Positions 48,348 to 62,500 of a DNA stretch of 64,000 nucleotides are shown piece by piece. Under the pieces are notes generated by a model, which did no database searches, was not told the origin of the DNA, and was given only the letters and a program-made list of their open reading frames with translations. Origin of the DNA: Tubiluchus corallicola (lineage: Eukaryota > Animalia > Priapulida); the NCBI GenBank assembly GCA_030141605.1, contig JAQGDQ010000968.1, positions 10,747 through 74,746 of the forward strand, given 5' to 3'. A program made the translations under genes and the position numbers. Position 1 is the first letter of the stretch; each line of letters begins with the position of its first letter.

Positions 48348-50954
48348 GTTACCAGCGTTTGACGAAGTTACCATAGATTTCTTATCCGACATGAATAATA
48401 GATGGCAGCACACGTATCTACTAAACGGGCATTAATGTTTTAGTAACTTTGCTCATATTGCGTGTCGATCTCAGTGGTTTGTTGTGTAAAATTGTACGTC
48501 TGCAGTATAGCATGTATCGCGTGACTATAGTTATTTATTAAAACTGATACAAGTACCCTTAATGATGTCATTATATTAACAAATTGTTGCTTTTGTTCAA
48601 TAATGGAAAAGCCTAATGACACAAATCCAATAATTTGACCAATGTACATTATGCTGTATGCTGTATAATTCACCTTAGAAACATTTGATAATTTTTTATA
48701 AGATAAACATGTCCAAATATCCATGACTGTGTTGCTCAGTAGCTGTAATATCACCCAGGATAATGACAATGTATTTGCATGTGTGTGTGTATAAGGTTTT
48801 AAGCAATTATTTATCACGATTGTGGACCAGTTTTTATGATACGGAGATGAATGCACAGTTTCGTGTTTCAGCTTAGTTTTAAATTGTGATAAGATGTTCA
48901 GTTCGGGTTAAATAAAACGTATTTTGTGTGTATAACATTGTTTACGTGTTTTATTTGTTTATAATAAACCCTTTCATAGTTTCGTTGTGCGCACGTGCAG
49001 TTACTGTAGGTCAAAGGTTAAGTGTGCCACAGCAACGTGTCTCGACTACAACCGTCACGGACATGTGGGTAAAGCAAAACCGTCTGCCACATCAGTTCAG
49101 TAGCTTCAGTTGTTTTATGTTTTACTTAATTATGCGTTAGTCTGTGCTTAGAGTGATTTACTAGCAGGATCGTGTTTGGGAACAAGGAAAATGAACTAGG
49201 TAGGGTTCTAGCCAGCTGTTAAAATTGTTACTATTACAACAGCATGGGCTGCGAGGCATTGTCAAGTGTACACAAATGTGTTGTCTGGTACACTGAACCT
49301 TTGACCTTTTCATGATCATCATCAATCGCTGGAACTGCGAAAAGGCTTATTGAAGTGTTTGTACCTGGAAATGCAGTATATTGCTATATTCACGTCTAGG
49401 CCCCTTACCTTGTCGCTCATCCACTTACTCAGCATAGTTGATATTATTTAACTTTGGTGCTAGCTCTTCTCATGAATGTTATAATGTTTACATCGGCCAC
49501 AATTTTGCGTGGTCATCCAGATTCAGAAACTAAACCATTTTGTACAATTCAAGGTACAGTCAGGCTCTTGAGATTGCTGATTTATTTTACTTACAAGCAT
49601 GCCTGGGCACTTCACTATTATTTTCTCTGTAACATAATACATCCCTGAGAGAAAAGCTAATACATTCCTGACTACTAATGCTACTATCTGAATACAACGC
49701 GGTTGCTCCCTGGTATTTTGGGACAAAACTTGGGAGGATTATGTTTCCATACAATGTAAGCTGAACTAGGCTGTATTGTAGAAACTGGAGCGTTGCTATT
49801 ATAAGACACCAGATGGTGTTTCTTTTTATGATTCTCAGAACAATATCGTCAGATGAGCTGAAAAACTTCAAGCTTTCGGCTAAATTCCTAAAATTTAGCT
49901 GTTTTTTTGGCCGTTAGTCTGGAATGTTTGGAAGACAATAAAAAACTTTTTGTTTGCAAGGAGCACAAGTTCTGCTAACTTAACAAAACAGACAAAAATG
50001 ATATCACTTCAATCAATAGATGCCACAACACTGTATGTACTTATCCGTAAAAATGTTACTTTAAAGATGCACTAGGTTCTTTAAGAACAAGCATATTTTT
50101 ATAGGTGGAGACACTGTTGCTTTATTACTTGGTCAGCAGTTTATATAACATACAATTAAATTCAAAAATAAGATGCTTATAATATAATTAGCTAGAAGGA
50201 GTATTTTGCAACAGGTATCTATAGCCAACGATTCATTTTGTTTTCTGCATTAATTAATTATTGTTTTCTAATTACTTATACACGCGTGTGACTGCCACCT
50301 AGTGACTGGAAAGAAAAAATTTCGGTAGAACATTAGTTTGCATTGATAAACGCTTATCATTCACACTTGTCTTCACGTTTACGGACATGGATGTGTGGTC
50401 AAGTGCATTTGCGTGAGGCTCTTGAGACTGCTCACTCAAAAACACGTTAATACAGGGTTCAATTCTTCATTAACACATTATCTTTAACTTACAAATACTG
50501 AACACGTTATGGATTATAATGCGTACTGTGCAAACTGGTTTATGTGTACAAAAAATTCGATAAATTCAGGTATCATGCTAGTGCATAGGCAACATGGGTG
50601 CATCGGGTACATTCAATAAGATTCATTTTAAATGAAAAAAACACAGTAATAACAGCTTAGATCATAAAAAGTAGAATGTTTATTCATCAAGGGGTGATTG
50701 GAAAATAGCAATGAGTCACTCATTCTCTAATTATCAAAATTCAAAGTAATAAATTTGCATAATACTGGCTGAATTGTGTTTAGTTGCATACAGCATTTAA
50801 ACTCTTAATGAACAGTGCTGCCACAATATTTATACAGGAAACCTACAAACAAGCAAATTAATCAGATGCTGTTTACTTTACACTTTTGCTTCACATTCGA
50901 GGGATTGATTAGTGAGTTTGAAGAAGTTTGGTGGTAAATAAACATTAAATTTAT

Positions 50955-53160
50955 TTCTATGAGCTTGACAAAAGTGAGTACTCAACTTAATTCATTTATA
51001 CAAGCTTGACAATAGTAAGTACTCCATGTAATTCATTTCTACAAGCTTGACAAAAGTGAGTACTCCATGTAATTCATTTCTACATGCTTGACAAAAGTGA
51101 GTACTCCATGTAATTCATTTATACAAGCTTGACAAAAGTGAGTACTCCATATAATTGATTTCTAAGAGCTTGACAAAAGTGAGTACTCCGTGTAATTCAT
51201 TTCTACGAGCTTGACAAAAGTGAGTACTCCATGTAATTCATTTCTACAAGCTTGACAAAAGTGAGTACTCCATGTAATTCATTTCTACAAGCTTGACAAA
51301 AGTGAGTACTCCAAGTAATTCATTTCTACGAGCTTGACAAAAGTGAGTACTCCATGTAATTCATTTCTACAAGCTTGACAAAAGTGAGTACTCCATGTAA
51401 TTCATTTCTAAGAGCTTGACAAAAGTGAGTACTCCATGTAATTCATTTATACAAGCTTGACAAAAGTGAGTACTCCATGTAATTCATTTCTACAAGCTTG
51501 ACAAAAGTGAGTACTCCATGTAATTCATTTCTACAAGCTTGACAAAAGTGAGTACTCCATGTAATTCATTTCTACATGCTTGACAAAAGTGAGTACTCCA
51601 TGTAATTCATTTCTACAAGCTTGACAAAAGTGAGTACTCCATGTAATTCATTTCTACAAGCTTGACAAAAGTGAGTACTCCATGTAATTCATTTCTACAA
51701 GCTTGACAAAAGTGAGTACTCCATGTAATTCATTTCTACGAGCTTGACAAAAGTGAGTACTCCATGTAATTCATTTCTACGAGCTTGACAAAAGTGAGTA
51801 CTCCATGTAATTCATTTCTACAAGCTTGACAAAAGTGAGTACGCCAAGTAATTCAGTTCTAAGAGCTTGACAAAAGTGAGTACTCCATGTAATTCATTTC
51901 TAAGAGCTTGACAAAAGTGAGTACTCCATGTAATTCGTTTCTAAGAGCTTAACAAAAGTGAGTACTCCATGTAATTCATTTCTACCCGCTTGACAAAAGT
52001 GAGTACTCCATGTAATTCAGTTCTACAAGCTTGACAAAAGTAAGTACTCCATGTAATTCATTTCTACAAGCTTGACAAAAGTGAGTACGCCATGTAATTC
52101 AGTTCTACAAGCTTGACAAAAGTGAGTACTCCATGTAATTCATTTCTACAAGCTTGACAAAAGTGAGTACTCCATGTAATTCATTTCAATGAACTTGACA
52201 AAAGTGAGTACTCCATGTAATTCATTTCTACAAGCTTGACAAAAGTGAGTACTCCATGTAATTCATTTCTACATGCTTGACAAAAGTGAGTACTCCATGT
52301 AATTCATTTATACAAGCTTGACAAAAGTGAGTACTCCATATAATTGATTTCTAAGAGCTTGACAAAAGTGAGTACTCCGTGTAATTCATCTCTACGAGCT
52401 TGACAAAAGTGAGTACTCCATGTAATTCATTTCTACAAGCTTGACAAAAGTGAGTACTCCATGTAATTCATTTCTACAAGCTTGACAAAAGTGAGTACTC
52501 CATGTAATTCATTTCTACAAGCTTGACAAAAGTGAGTACTCCATGTAATTCATTTCTACAAGCTTGACAAAAGTGAGTACTCCACGTAATTCATTTATAC
52601 AAGCTTGACAAAAGTGAGTACTCCATGTAATTCATTTCAAAGAGCTTGACAAAAGTGAGTACTCCATGTAATTCATTTCTACAAGCTTGACAAAAGTGAG
52701 TACTCCATGTAATTCATTTCTACAAGCTTGACAAAAGTGAGTACTCCATGTAATTCATTTCTACAAGCTTGACAAAAGTGAGTACGCCATGTAATTCAGT
52801 TCTACAAGCTTGACAAAAGTGAGTACTCCATGTAATTCATTTCTACAAGCTTGACAAAAGTGAGTACTCCATGTAATTCATTTCAATGAACTTGACAAAA
52901 GTGAGTACTCCATGTAATTCAGTTCTACAAGCTTGACAAAAGTGAGTACTCCATGTAATTCATTTCTATGAGCTTGACAAAAGTGAGTACTCCATGTAAT
53001 TCATTTCTATGAGCTTGACAAAAGTGAGTACTCCATGTAATTCATTTCTACGAGCTTGACAAAAGTGAGTACTCCATGTAATTCATTTCTACGAGCTTGA
53101 CAAAAGTGAGTACTCCATGTAATTCATTTCTACGAGCTTGACAAAAGTGAGTACTCCATG
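50955..53160. repeat. Homogeneous tandem array, 41-bp unit x ~54
   Basis: Unit gcttgacaaaagtgagtactccatgtaattcatttctacaa, head-to-tail with no spacers. Confidence 0.97.
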
Positions 53161-53275
53161 GCTGGCTAAGCAATTCTTGGTACTTTGTTCTGCTGGTAAA
53201 TGAAAACATGAAATCAGAAATTCAGCAATGCTGTGACTCACAGGAATCATAAATGGTTCTTATCTCGGCGCGTTG

Positions 53276-56200
53276 CTACGTTTTCTGTCCTTTCAGCTTT
53301 CTCATGATGTTGTGTTGTTCTAAAGCAGCTCGGCGCTTTCTCTGAAAGTTAAACGATGAATAGATAAAGGTTCTAAATTCCTGGGGCTTATTTCATATAT
53401 AAGTTGTACTGATATTTGTTTTTATGATAAATGGCAACCAGGGCAGGTATTAAGTCAACTAGACAGATTTGTTCAAAGTGTGCAGTGAGCAGTATTTGAT
53501 TTAACACAGGCATTGCTAGCAGTCAAAGTGGTTGAAAACACTAGGTGTTTAATCTGTAGTAGGTTAATTACATTGTTTACATATAAACTTGTGAAATGGT
53601 AAAAGTGAACCAGAAATTGCATAAGCAACTTTTTATATTTAAAAGTACTGAAATGTTCTGTTTTTCTGGTGGCTTACAGTGCAAAGAGTAGCCTACACAT
53701 TACACAAGTAATAGATAAAAATCATTGACCAGTTTGTCAAGTTGTTTTAGCATTTAGCAATCCTAAAATTGTTGATTGACAAAATATGTTTAGCATTTAT
53801 TATCAATGGCTTCATCAAGCTTTTCTTATGAATCCTGCAAATGTTAACTCAATGTGTATCACGATACGTATCCTATTGTTAGGTTAGTATCATGAGATTT
53901 AGCCGTGGGATACGTATCGTATCGTGAGGTTAGAATCGGGAAACGTATCGTGTCGTGATCTAGATGTATCCTTACAGCCCTGGCATGCGTATGCGAATAC
54001 ACAAACAGGAATCAGACTTACCGAGGGGCTGATGTTTCTGTCCCAAGCTTCAATACTTTCAAACAGATTTGATCGTACGCTGGACGCCCCCGGAGAACCG
54101 ACTACATCGATTATCTCGGAAATCTTTCTTGCTTTGGTAGGAGATTCCTCTGTGCCGTCTACAGCAGGAGGTGCGGAAGAAATGGCAGTGGGTAAATTTA
54201 ATGTCTGCAAAAACAGATTTATATATATATAAACAAATAAACATATTTGTTTTAATATACAGAATTGTCAATAAATGAACAAACTGCTTAACTTAAGATT
54301 CTTCTGTACAAGTATTAAAAAATTAAATACAAAAATAACAAAGACGATTAAATAAGATATATTTACAATTATAAAAAACATTATATTATTATTATCTACT
54401 TTTACAAATAAGTATTGTAATAAGTGAATAGATGTCAATTGGACAGTAATAAGTAGCTTAAAAATAAGCAAGAATATGACCAGGCAGGTATAAAATGAAC
54501 TAAATTAATCACAGATTGAAATTTGAATACAGGGATGAGAATGACAAATTGCAAAAAACTCTGAAACAGGCCGGGGGTTTTGAGGCCACCTAGGCCCCCA
54601 ATGGGGTTGAGGGGCAAAGCCGATATTTTAAAATTGCAATTTTGTGGCCCCTAAGTGGACTTAAAATATCAATTACCTTGTTTCATGCATAATTTAAAAT
54701 ACCCAACTATCAAGGATACATGATACCTAATTGTCTCAAAAACGCCTAAGTACTGGCCGCTCCTATGCAAAAGTATATAAAAACTGTCTGCAATTGACAC
54801 AAGTAACTCCGCACAATTGATTCTATATTTTTATACATAGAGATATACATGGTTACACTGATGTACATGATGTATACAAAGTGACGGCCTGCCAACTAGC
54901 GGTCAACTTGTGAAATAATGTACTGGGCCCGTAAAAATTTTCTCAACAAATTTACGCAATTTGCAAAAAATGGCACTACTGGTCTTCCAAAAACTCGGAA
55001 TTCCGCATATCCGCGGGAAAATTCTCATCCCTGTGAATAGCAAATAATACCTGGCAACTAATTCACGGTTCTTATGAGCTACGCAATATTTATAATGACT
55101 TTTACATAATGGGTATGAACCAATGTCTTATTTGCATCAATGTTTTAATGATGTAAGTGGGACATTGCTAACTGCATACTCCAACTCAGAAAAGATACAA
55201 GGTTTCATTACAACGGATATCTAGCAAACTTGGCTAAGTAACGGTTAAACGGTTAGTGATTTTCTAAATGGTTAACCATCTCAGCCCTCATGCACACAAG
55301 CAAGAGAATGATATATAAAATAAGATATGAAAAGATGAACATCATTTGACTACATTAAACACTTACAGCTAGTTTCCCTGGTGACAAAGCCTCCAATCGA
55401 TGCTTCAGTGTCTGTATCTCAAACTCACAATTTGCTGTTGCAAGTTTCAGCTCGTATAACAAGACCATATCACATCTGAGCTCATTGAAATTAGAGACAA
55501 TCTCCTCAGTGGGCATCGGATTCGCCTCTGAAACGTTACAGCAATTAGAAAATCCGCAACAAAATGAAAAATGAACGCTAACGAATGCAGTACATGCACA
55601 GTATAACATCATTATAGCAAATAAGGTACATCGCGTACACACGGATAATGCGAACTTACAAAAAAGAGCGAACAATCACTTTTTATTTAGTTAGTATAGC
55701 AGCTTTGAATACAACGTACTCGGTTATTGCGTATTACGGGTTTTTCTTTCATTCACTGCGTATATTACTAATTTGTTATTCATAAGTAGTGATTATAATT
55801 TATTTACTTTTTATAACCTGTGCAGTTTTCTCCTGCTGTTCCAGGAAAACTAAACAATCGGCCAAGGACAATTTACAGTCGTTTCATCTTTTAACAGGAA
55901 TTTCTCCTTAAAATAGCTTAGACTTGAGGTCAAAGTTCATCAGAGTGTTGTGCTTGGATAGTTGAAATTTTCTACATTAACCGATTTCACACAAGTGATG
56001 CTGTACATTGTTACAGTACAAACACTGCAGTTACTGAAAGATTTTCAATTTTTTTCAACAAAAATCGATTTTTTAATTTGCCTAAGGTAAGCAAATGCAT
56101 TTCACATACAACTTTGCATGAAAATCCATTGTGTGAGGAATAAAAACTAAAATTATCAAATATAATGTAATCGCTGCTTAATGAGAGCAGTTTTTCATGA

Positions 56201-59200
56201 AGCCAAGCAAACTGCAGCAAACACTTACGGTCCTGAAGGAGTTAAGCAGTGATAGAGATTCAAGTACAAACCTAGGCCCAATTCTTCCAGAAGTAATTCA
56301 ATTGCTTTTGTCTTCTTCTGTCCGACGGTGTTCGGTAATTTCATCTGTTGGTGAAAAACGTAAACATTGCAACAAGTGCATAAAACATTCACTAAATGTA
56401 AAACTTAATGAAGTTTCATTTTTACACAGAGAGAAAATGCTCTAAGATTTTCTGATTATTTTAATTTTCCCTTGGTGGCTTATATAAGAGGAAATCTGAT
56501 GCGAATGTGTCACTTCCGAAGAAAATCTGGAACTTGGATTTCGCATTTTACTCGCTAGATGGCGCCAGCGAAATACACGCCCTAGTGACGTCAACATTTG
56601 CGTTTGGTTATCAAGCGTCACGTTTCACTGTATAGCATACAGAAACGACACGGTATCCAAGGAAACCGTTGCTACCATGTTTCTTCAGCTTGTGATTTTC
56701 TAAAGTTTCACGAGAAAGACAGAATAATAATAATAAATAATAATAATAATGATGACACGTGTAGCGATGCAGCAATAGAATAATAATGAAGAACTAATAG
56801 CGAGCAGAATAGAAAATGACAGACACAAACAAAATGGCCGACAGTGGCGAAAGCCGCGAAGAAGTTTATAAGCCGTATTTCACTGCAATCATTAAATAAT
56901 ATGGATAAAACATTAAGAAGCTGGAAGGAAAGATTAATCCTCGTACCGATTTACAAGGACAAGATTATAATCGAATTATGAAAATTTCAAAAATCGCCCA
57001 TCACTAGTTAAAATTTCAAAACTGTTGCTCACGGCCAAGCGGAATTAAACCATCTTGAATGCGCTATGGACCTACAATATACGTAATCAAACTACACTCC
57101 AATCACTTTATTTTATCAAGAAAAATAAGTTTTGATGACTTGCTATTCTAGTGGCTTCGCAATCACTGCTACTAGGTAGAAAATCCACGGTACAAAACTA
57201 CTCGGTAGAGGTCATCTTACCTTCTGGCTACGGACCGTAACACCGGGCATCTTGAATTCCGGAAACTTGATGCCAGTTGTGTCAGGATTTGCCTAAAATA
57301 TAATAAAATATAATATAATTGAGCAATGTGCATATGTCTGAGATAAGATGCTTTAGGTAGAAGAAGTACTGTCACTCACGCATGGTGTGTTGTCAGTTGT
57401 CACGTGCTTAAAAACCGTGTACCGGCATATTCTTGAATGGCTACAATTTAGGCTATTCGTAAGCAAACAATATTTATCGTTTAGGATTTTATCGAGTTTA
57501 TGTAAAAACTTTTGTACGTTTGTTTGTTTACAATTACAACTACAACATTAAAATTACGTGTTCGTCAGTCAATGCTGGGTTACTGTTAATTTGCATCTCC
57601 AGTAATTTTAGTTAAGAGCTGCCACTATGTCAGGCAATGCTGGGTTACTGTTAATTTGCATCCCCAGTAATTTTAGCTAAGAGCTGCCATTATGTCAGGC
57701 AGTGCTGGGTTACTGTTAATTTGCACCCCCAGTAATTTTAGCTAAGAGCTGCCACTATGGCAAGCAATGCTGGGTTACTGTTAATTTGCATCGCCATTAA
57801 TTTTAGCTAAGAGCTGCCACTATGTCAGGCAATGCTGGGTTACTGTTAATTTGCACCCCCAGTAATTTTAGCTAAGAGCTGCCATTATGTCAGGCAATGC
57901 TGGGTTACTGTTAATTTGCATCTCCAGTAAGTTTAGCTAAGAGCTGCCACTATGTCATGCAATGCTGGGTTACTGTTAATTTGCATCCCCAGTAATTTTA
58001 GCTAAGAGCTGCCACTATGTCAGGCAATGCTGGGTTACTGTTAATTTGCATCGCCATTAATTTTAGCTAAGAGCTGCCACTATGTCAGGCAATGCTGGGT
58101 TACTGTTAATTTGCACCCCCAGTAATTTTAGCTAAGAGCTGCCACTATGTCAGGCAATGCTGGGTTACTGTTAATTTGCATCCCCAGTAATTTTAGCTAA
58201 GAGCTGCCACTATGTCATGCAATGCTGGGTTACTGTTAATTTGCACCCCCAGTAATTTTAGCCAAGAGCTGTAACTATGTCAGGCAATGCTGGGTTACTG
58301 TTAATTTGCATCCCCAGTAATTTTAGCTATGAATCCTCCATTGCGTATACATAAACACGAGTATCACAACTCATGAACTTTGCTAGTAATCTCAGTGAAC
58401 AGGAAGAATTGCTATAAATTTCGTTTTTCTGGCCACGTAAAAACAAAAAACACATCAATTGTAACTGTACTACATACGTTTGTTTCACCGCCCTTTGAAT
58501 TTTTCTGCGGCAACTTTTTGGAAATTTTCTTGTGTGTTCTACGAAGATCTCCGCTATTGTCCGCCGCTGTTATGAGCTTCTGCAAGTCTTGAGCTTTCTT
58601 TTCTCTCTCTTTCTTTCTCTGCTCAATTTTGCGCAGCTCCTGGATTAAAAGTTCTTCTTCTTCTATCTGAGAATGAAAAAAGTCAATAATTATTATCAGC
58701 TGCTTCAATCGTTAAATGCGCAGATAGATTAAAACAAATAACTCCACACAATTGATTCTATATTTTTATACATAGAGACATACATGTGGTTACACTGATG
58801 TACGTGATGTAAACAAAGTGACGGCCTGCCACCTAGCGGTCAGCTTGTGAAATAATGTACTGGGTCCGTAAAAATTTTCTCAACGAATTTACGCAATTTG
58901 CAAAAATGGCACTACTGGTCTTCCAAAAACTCGGAATTCCTCGTATCCGCAGAAAATTCTCATCCCTGCCTCAAACTAAGGCTTATGTTAATGATCTGTG
59001 TTCATAGCTTAATTAGTGGCTATAATTACTTAATTACTATAATTACTTAGTGGCTATTACTTATCTGTAATATTAGAATTTCTAATTCAGTTACCGGTTT
59101 GGAAGACTTCATGATAAACACTGCCATAAGATAACTACTCATTAGCCGACCGTAAAACATTAAAATCTGTAAAGAGTTTTTATTGAAAAGAAAAAGTGGT

Positions 59201-59404
59201 GATTGATAAATATGAATCCACCTGTTCTGACGTTCTATTATACAGTTTTTCTAATTGTAATTTTCTCCGCCTCTCGTGGTCGGCATCATAACCATAGATC
59301 TTTGGTTCAACCCCCGGTTCAGATCTTGCCTAGAATAAACAAGCTTATATTATTATTATTATTACTATTATTATTATATTATTACTATTTATTATTATTA
59401 TTAC

Positions 59405-59501
<97 letters not shown>

Positions 59502-62500
59502 TGGTAGTGGTAGTAGCAGTAGCAGTAGCAGTAGCAGTAGCAGTAGCAGCAGCAGCAGCAGCAGCAGTAGCAGCAGCAGCAGTAGCAGTAGTAGTAGTAT
59601 TTATCATCATTATTTTTATTTTAAATTTTGCTTCACTGTAAGCTGATAATCAAGCGGAAACCTGCGTTTTTTACCAATGTCCTTACTCTCCATTGAATTA
59701 TAATACAGAATTATGTACAGTATGCGCAGCTTAATAAACTCACTTTGGGACCGAAGTGTTTTGACAGCGAAACGATTTAATCATAGATTAATAACATCAG
59801 ATTAGTAACTCGTACATATAAGTGTTGTGCATTTCTTCCTATAATAAACAAAACTAGATTATATGTTTCCACTAACTGACTTGCAACTTCTGACGACAAT
59901 ATTAAAATCTAAAACCAGGCCTTCATTTCTTCTGGTAACTAGTGAAAGGCTGAGAATATTTCGTAACAGTGAAAGATGTCGGCAATATTAAAATCTAAAA
60001 CCAGGCCTTCATTTCTCCTGCTAACTAATCAAAGCTTGAGCATTTTTCATAACGGTGTAAGATGTCGGCAGCTGCAGCTAGTGTCCCGAAGGAACCAATG
60101 ACAATTAAGCTCTACAGGAGTGGGAAAAATCTTGCAAGCTGAATGGACAGTCAGTGAGAATCATATTGACATTTTGCTCGAAGTTAACTGTTTAATGCTT
60201 ACTGCACTACTTTTTAACTGCACTACTTTTTAATGTATGTCCACTCTGAGACGTTTTTATCCTTGCAATCAGAGGAAATTCAAAGTTGCGTATAATATAT
60301 CAGCACGGAAGTTTTTTAACTTTTCATATGATACAAGCGCCACATATATTTCTAGTAGACTCAATCTTATATATTTTGACATATTCACAGAAAATGTGTA
60401 CGCAGTTTACACGTCAGGCTGAATAAGAGTGAAAATTTTATTTCCAAGAACATTTTAAACAGTGATGTAAACTTTACTTCTGATATTAGACATCATTGGA
60501 GTAGCTTGTGATATTGTTACTTGTTAACTGTGTTATTCTTGTGAATCATAAGATATTGCACTTTTTGTACAGTCAACCTCGAGGATAAGTTACTCGCTTA
60601 TAAGGGACAACCAACACCAGTCCCGATTTTCCGTAATGTTTTTCCTATGTAAAAATCTTCGTATATAAGGTACTCGGATATAAGGGACTTTCGGTTATAA
60701 GGAACGATATCTTCAGCTCCTGCGTAATAGAAACCCAGGTAAATTACCTCGCATATAAGGGACCCTATGATCACAGCAAAATTGATGATTTTTTACCTCA
60801 ACTTTTCACAAACTCGGCCTTCGAACAGCTCGGTTTCCGTAGTCACATACATCTCGCATCACTGAAGCAGCTTCCTACATACCGTTTGCAGTGAATGTGT
60901 AGCAATAATCCATAAAAATATGGGTAAAAGTACAGAAAAGTACAAGTCTAGATACATCCTCGGTCTGGCTCGACTTTGGCTATAAGGGATATCAGCTATA
61001 AGGGACGATTTTTTCCGGTCCCGAGGTCTCCCTTATATTCGAAGTTGCTGTATTAATTTTTGACGTTCATATGAAATTATAAAGTTTGAAATAAAATATT
61101 AAATCAAATAAATAAATAAAAATAATAAACAAGAAACACATTACCCTTGCTAAAGCATTGACAACATTGTAGTATCTTTCTTTCAGATCTTCAACGCTTC
61201 TCTCGGGAAATCGCGATCGATCGTAGCGGTCTCTGATTACAATAAATCTAAAACGCACAAATAATAAACACATACTGTTTATCGTCACCGTCATCGTCAT
61301 CATCATCACCACCACCACCATCAGCATCATCATCATCATCTCTATCACCATCATTATCATCATCATAATCATCATCATCATCATCATCATTATTACTATT
61401 ACTATTATTATTATTATTATTTATCTTATTTTAGACACTTACAGTCCATAGAATAAGAATAAGGCACAAGAAAAAACACAGAGAAACGTAGTAACCTTAT
61501 ATAGTGAGTCCTCGCTTAACGACTACCCCGTTTAGTGACGTTTCGTTTTAACGACGCTGAACATTTGGCATCTTTTTAGCAAGCAGAAAGAAATTAATTA
61601 GCAGAACCCATATTGAAATTCATAACACGTTTAATTTATATGATATAAGCAGCATTGATTCTTGCCTCTGAAACATATCTCAAATCTTTTACGTTACTTT
61701 CTATGGAGGTTTTGGTTTCGTTTAACGACGTTTCGCTCAACATCGCGTTTTACTGGAACTCATTTGCATCATTAGGCGAAGACTTACTGTATAATAGGAG
61801 ACAGTCAGTTAGAAAGGCTAAATAAAATTCTTTGCCACGACTTAAAAATATATGATTCTAAAAATTGTATCAGTATTGTACAGCAAGTTATTAATAACAG
61901 TATTCTGACTCAAAAACAGTCTACTTCTGAAACTAAACACAGCTTTCCTACTTATGCAGGAAAAACCTGGTACATTGTATCTAAAATTGTATCAGTATTG
62001 TACAGCAAGCTATTAATAACAGTATTCTGACTCAAAAACAGCTTACTTCTGAAAATAAACACAACTTTCCTACATATACAGGAAAAACTTGGCACATTGT
62101 ATCTAAAAATTGTATCAGTATTGTACAGCAAGTTATTAATAACATTATTCTGACTCAAAACTAGTCTACTTCTGAAACTAAACACAGCTTTCTTACGTAT
62201 GCATGAAAAACTTCGTACATTGTATCTAAAAATTGTATCAGTATTGTACAGCAAGTTATTAATAACATTATTCTGACTCAAAACTAGCCTACTTCTGAAA
62301 CTAAACACAGCTTTCTTACGTATGCAGGAAATACTCGGTACATTGTATCTAAAATTGTATCAGTATTGTACAGCAAGTTATTAATAACAGTATTCTAACT
62401 CAAAAACAGTCTACTTCTGAGACTAAACACAACTTTCCTAGGTATGCAGGAAAAACTTGCTACATTGTATTTAAAAATCCTAGCAGTACCGTGATAAAAA

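Noticed and set aside
50955-53160. CRISPR-like array (41-bp repeats with palindromes)
   Set aside because: Units are head-to-tail with no unique spacers, there are no cas genes, and the context is eukaryotic. The same applies to the 72-bp and 65-bp arrays.
59203-59646. 147-aa low-complexity ORF (poly-L/I/S)
   Set aside because: Antisense to a DMAP1 exon plus a compound microsatellite.
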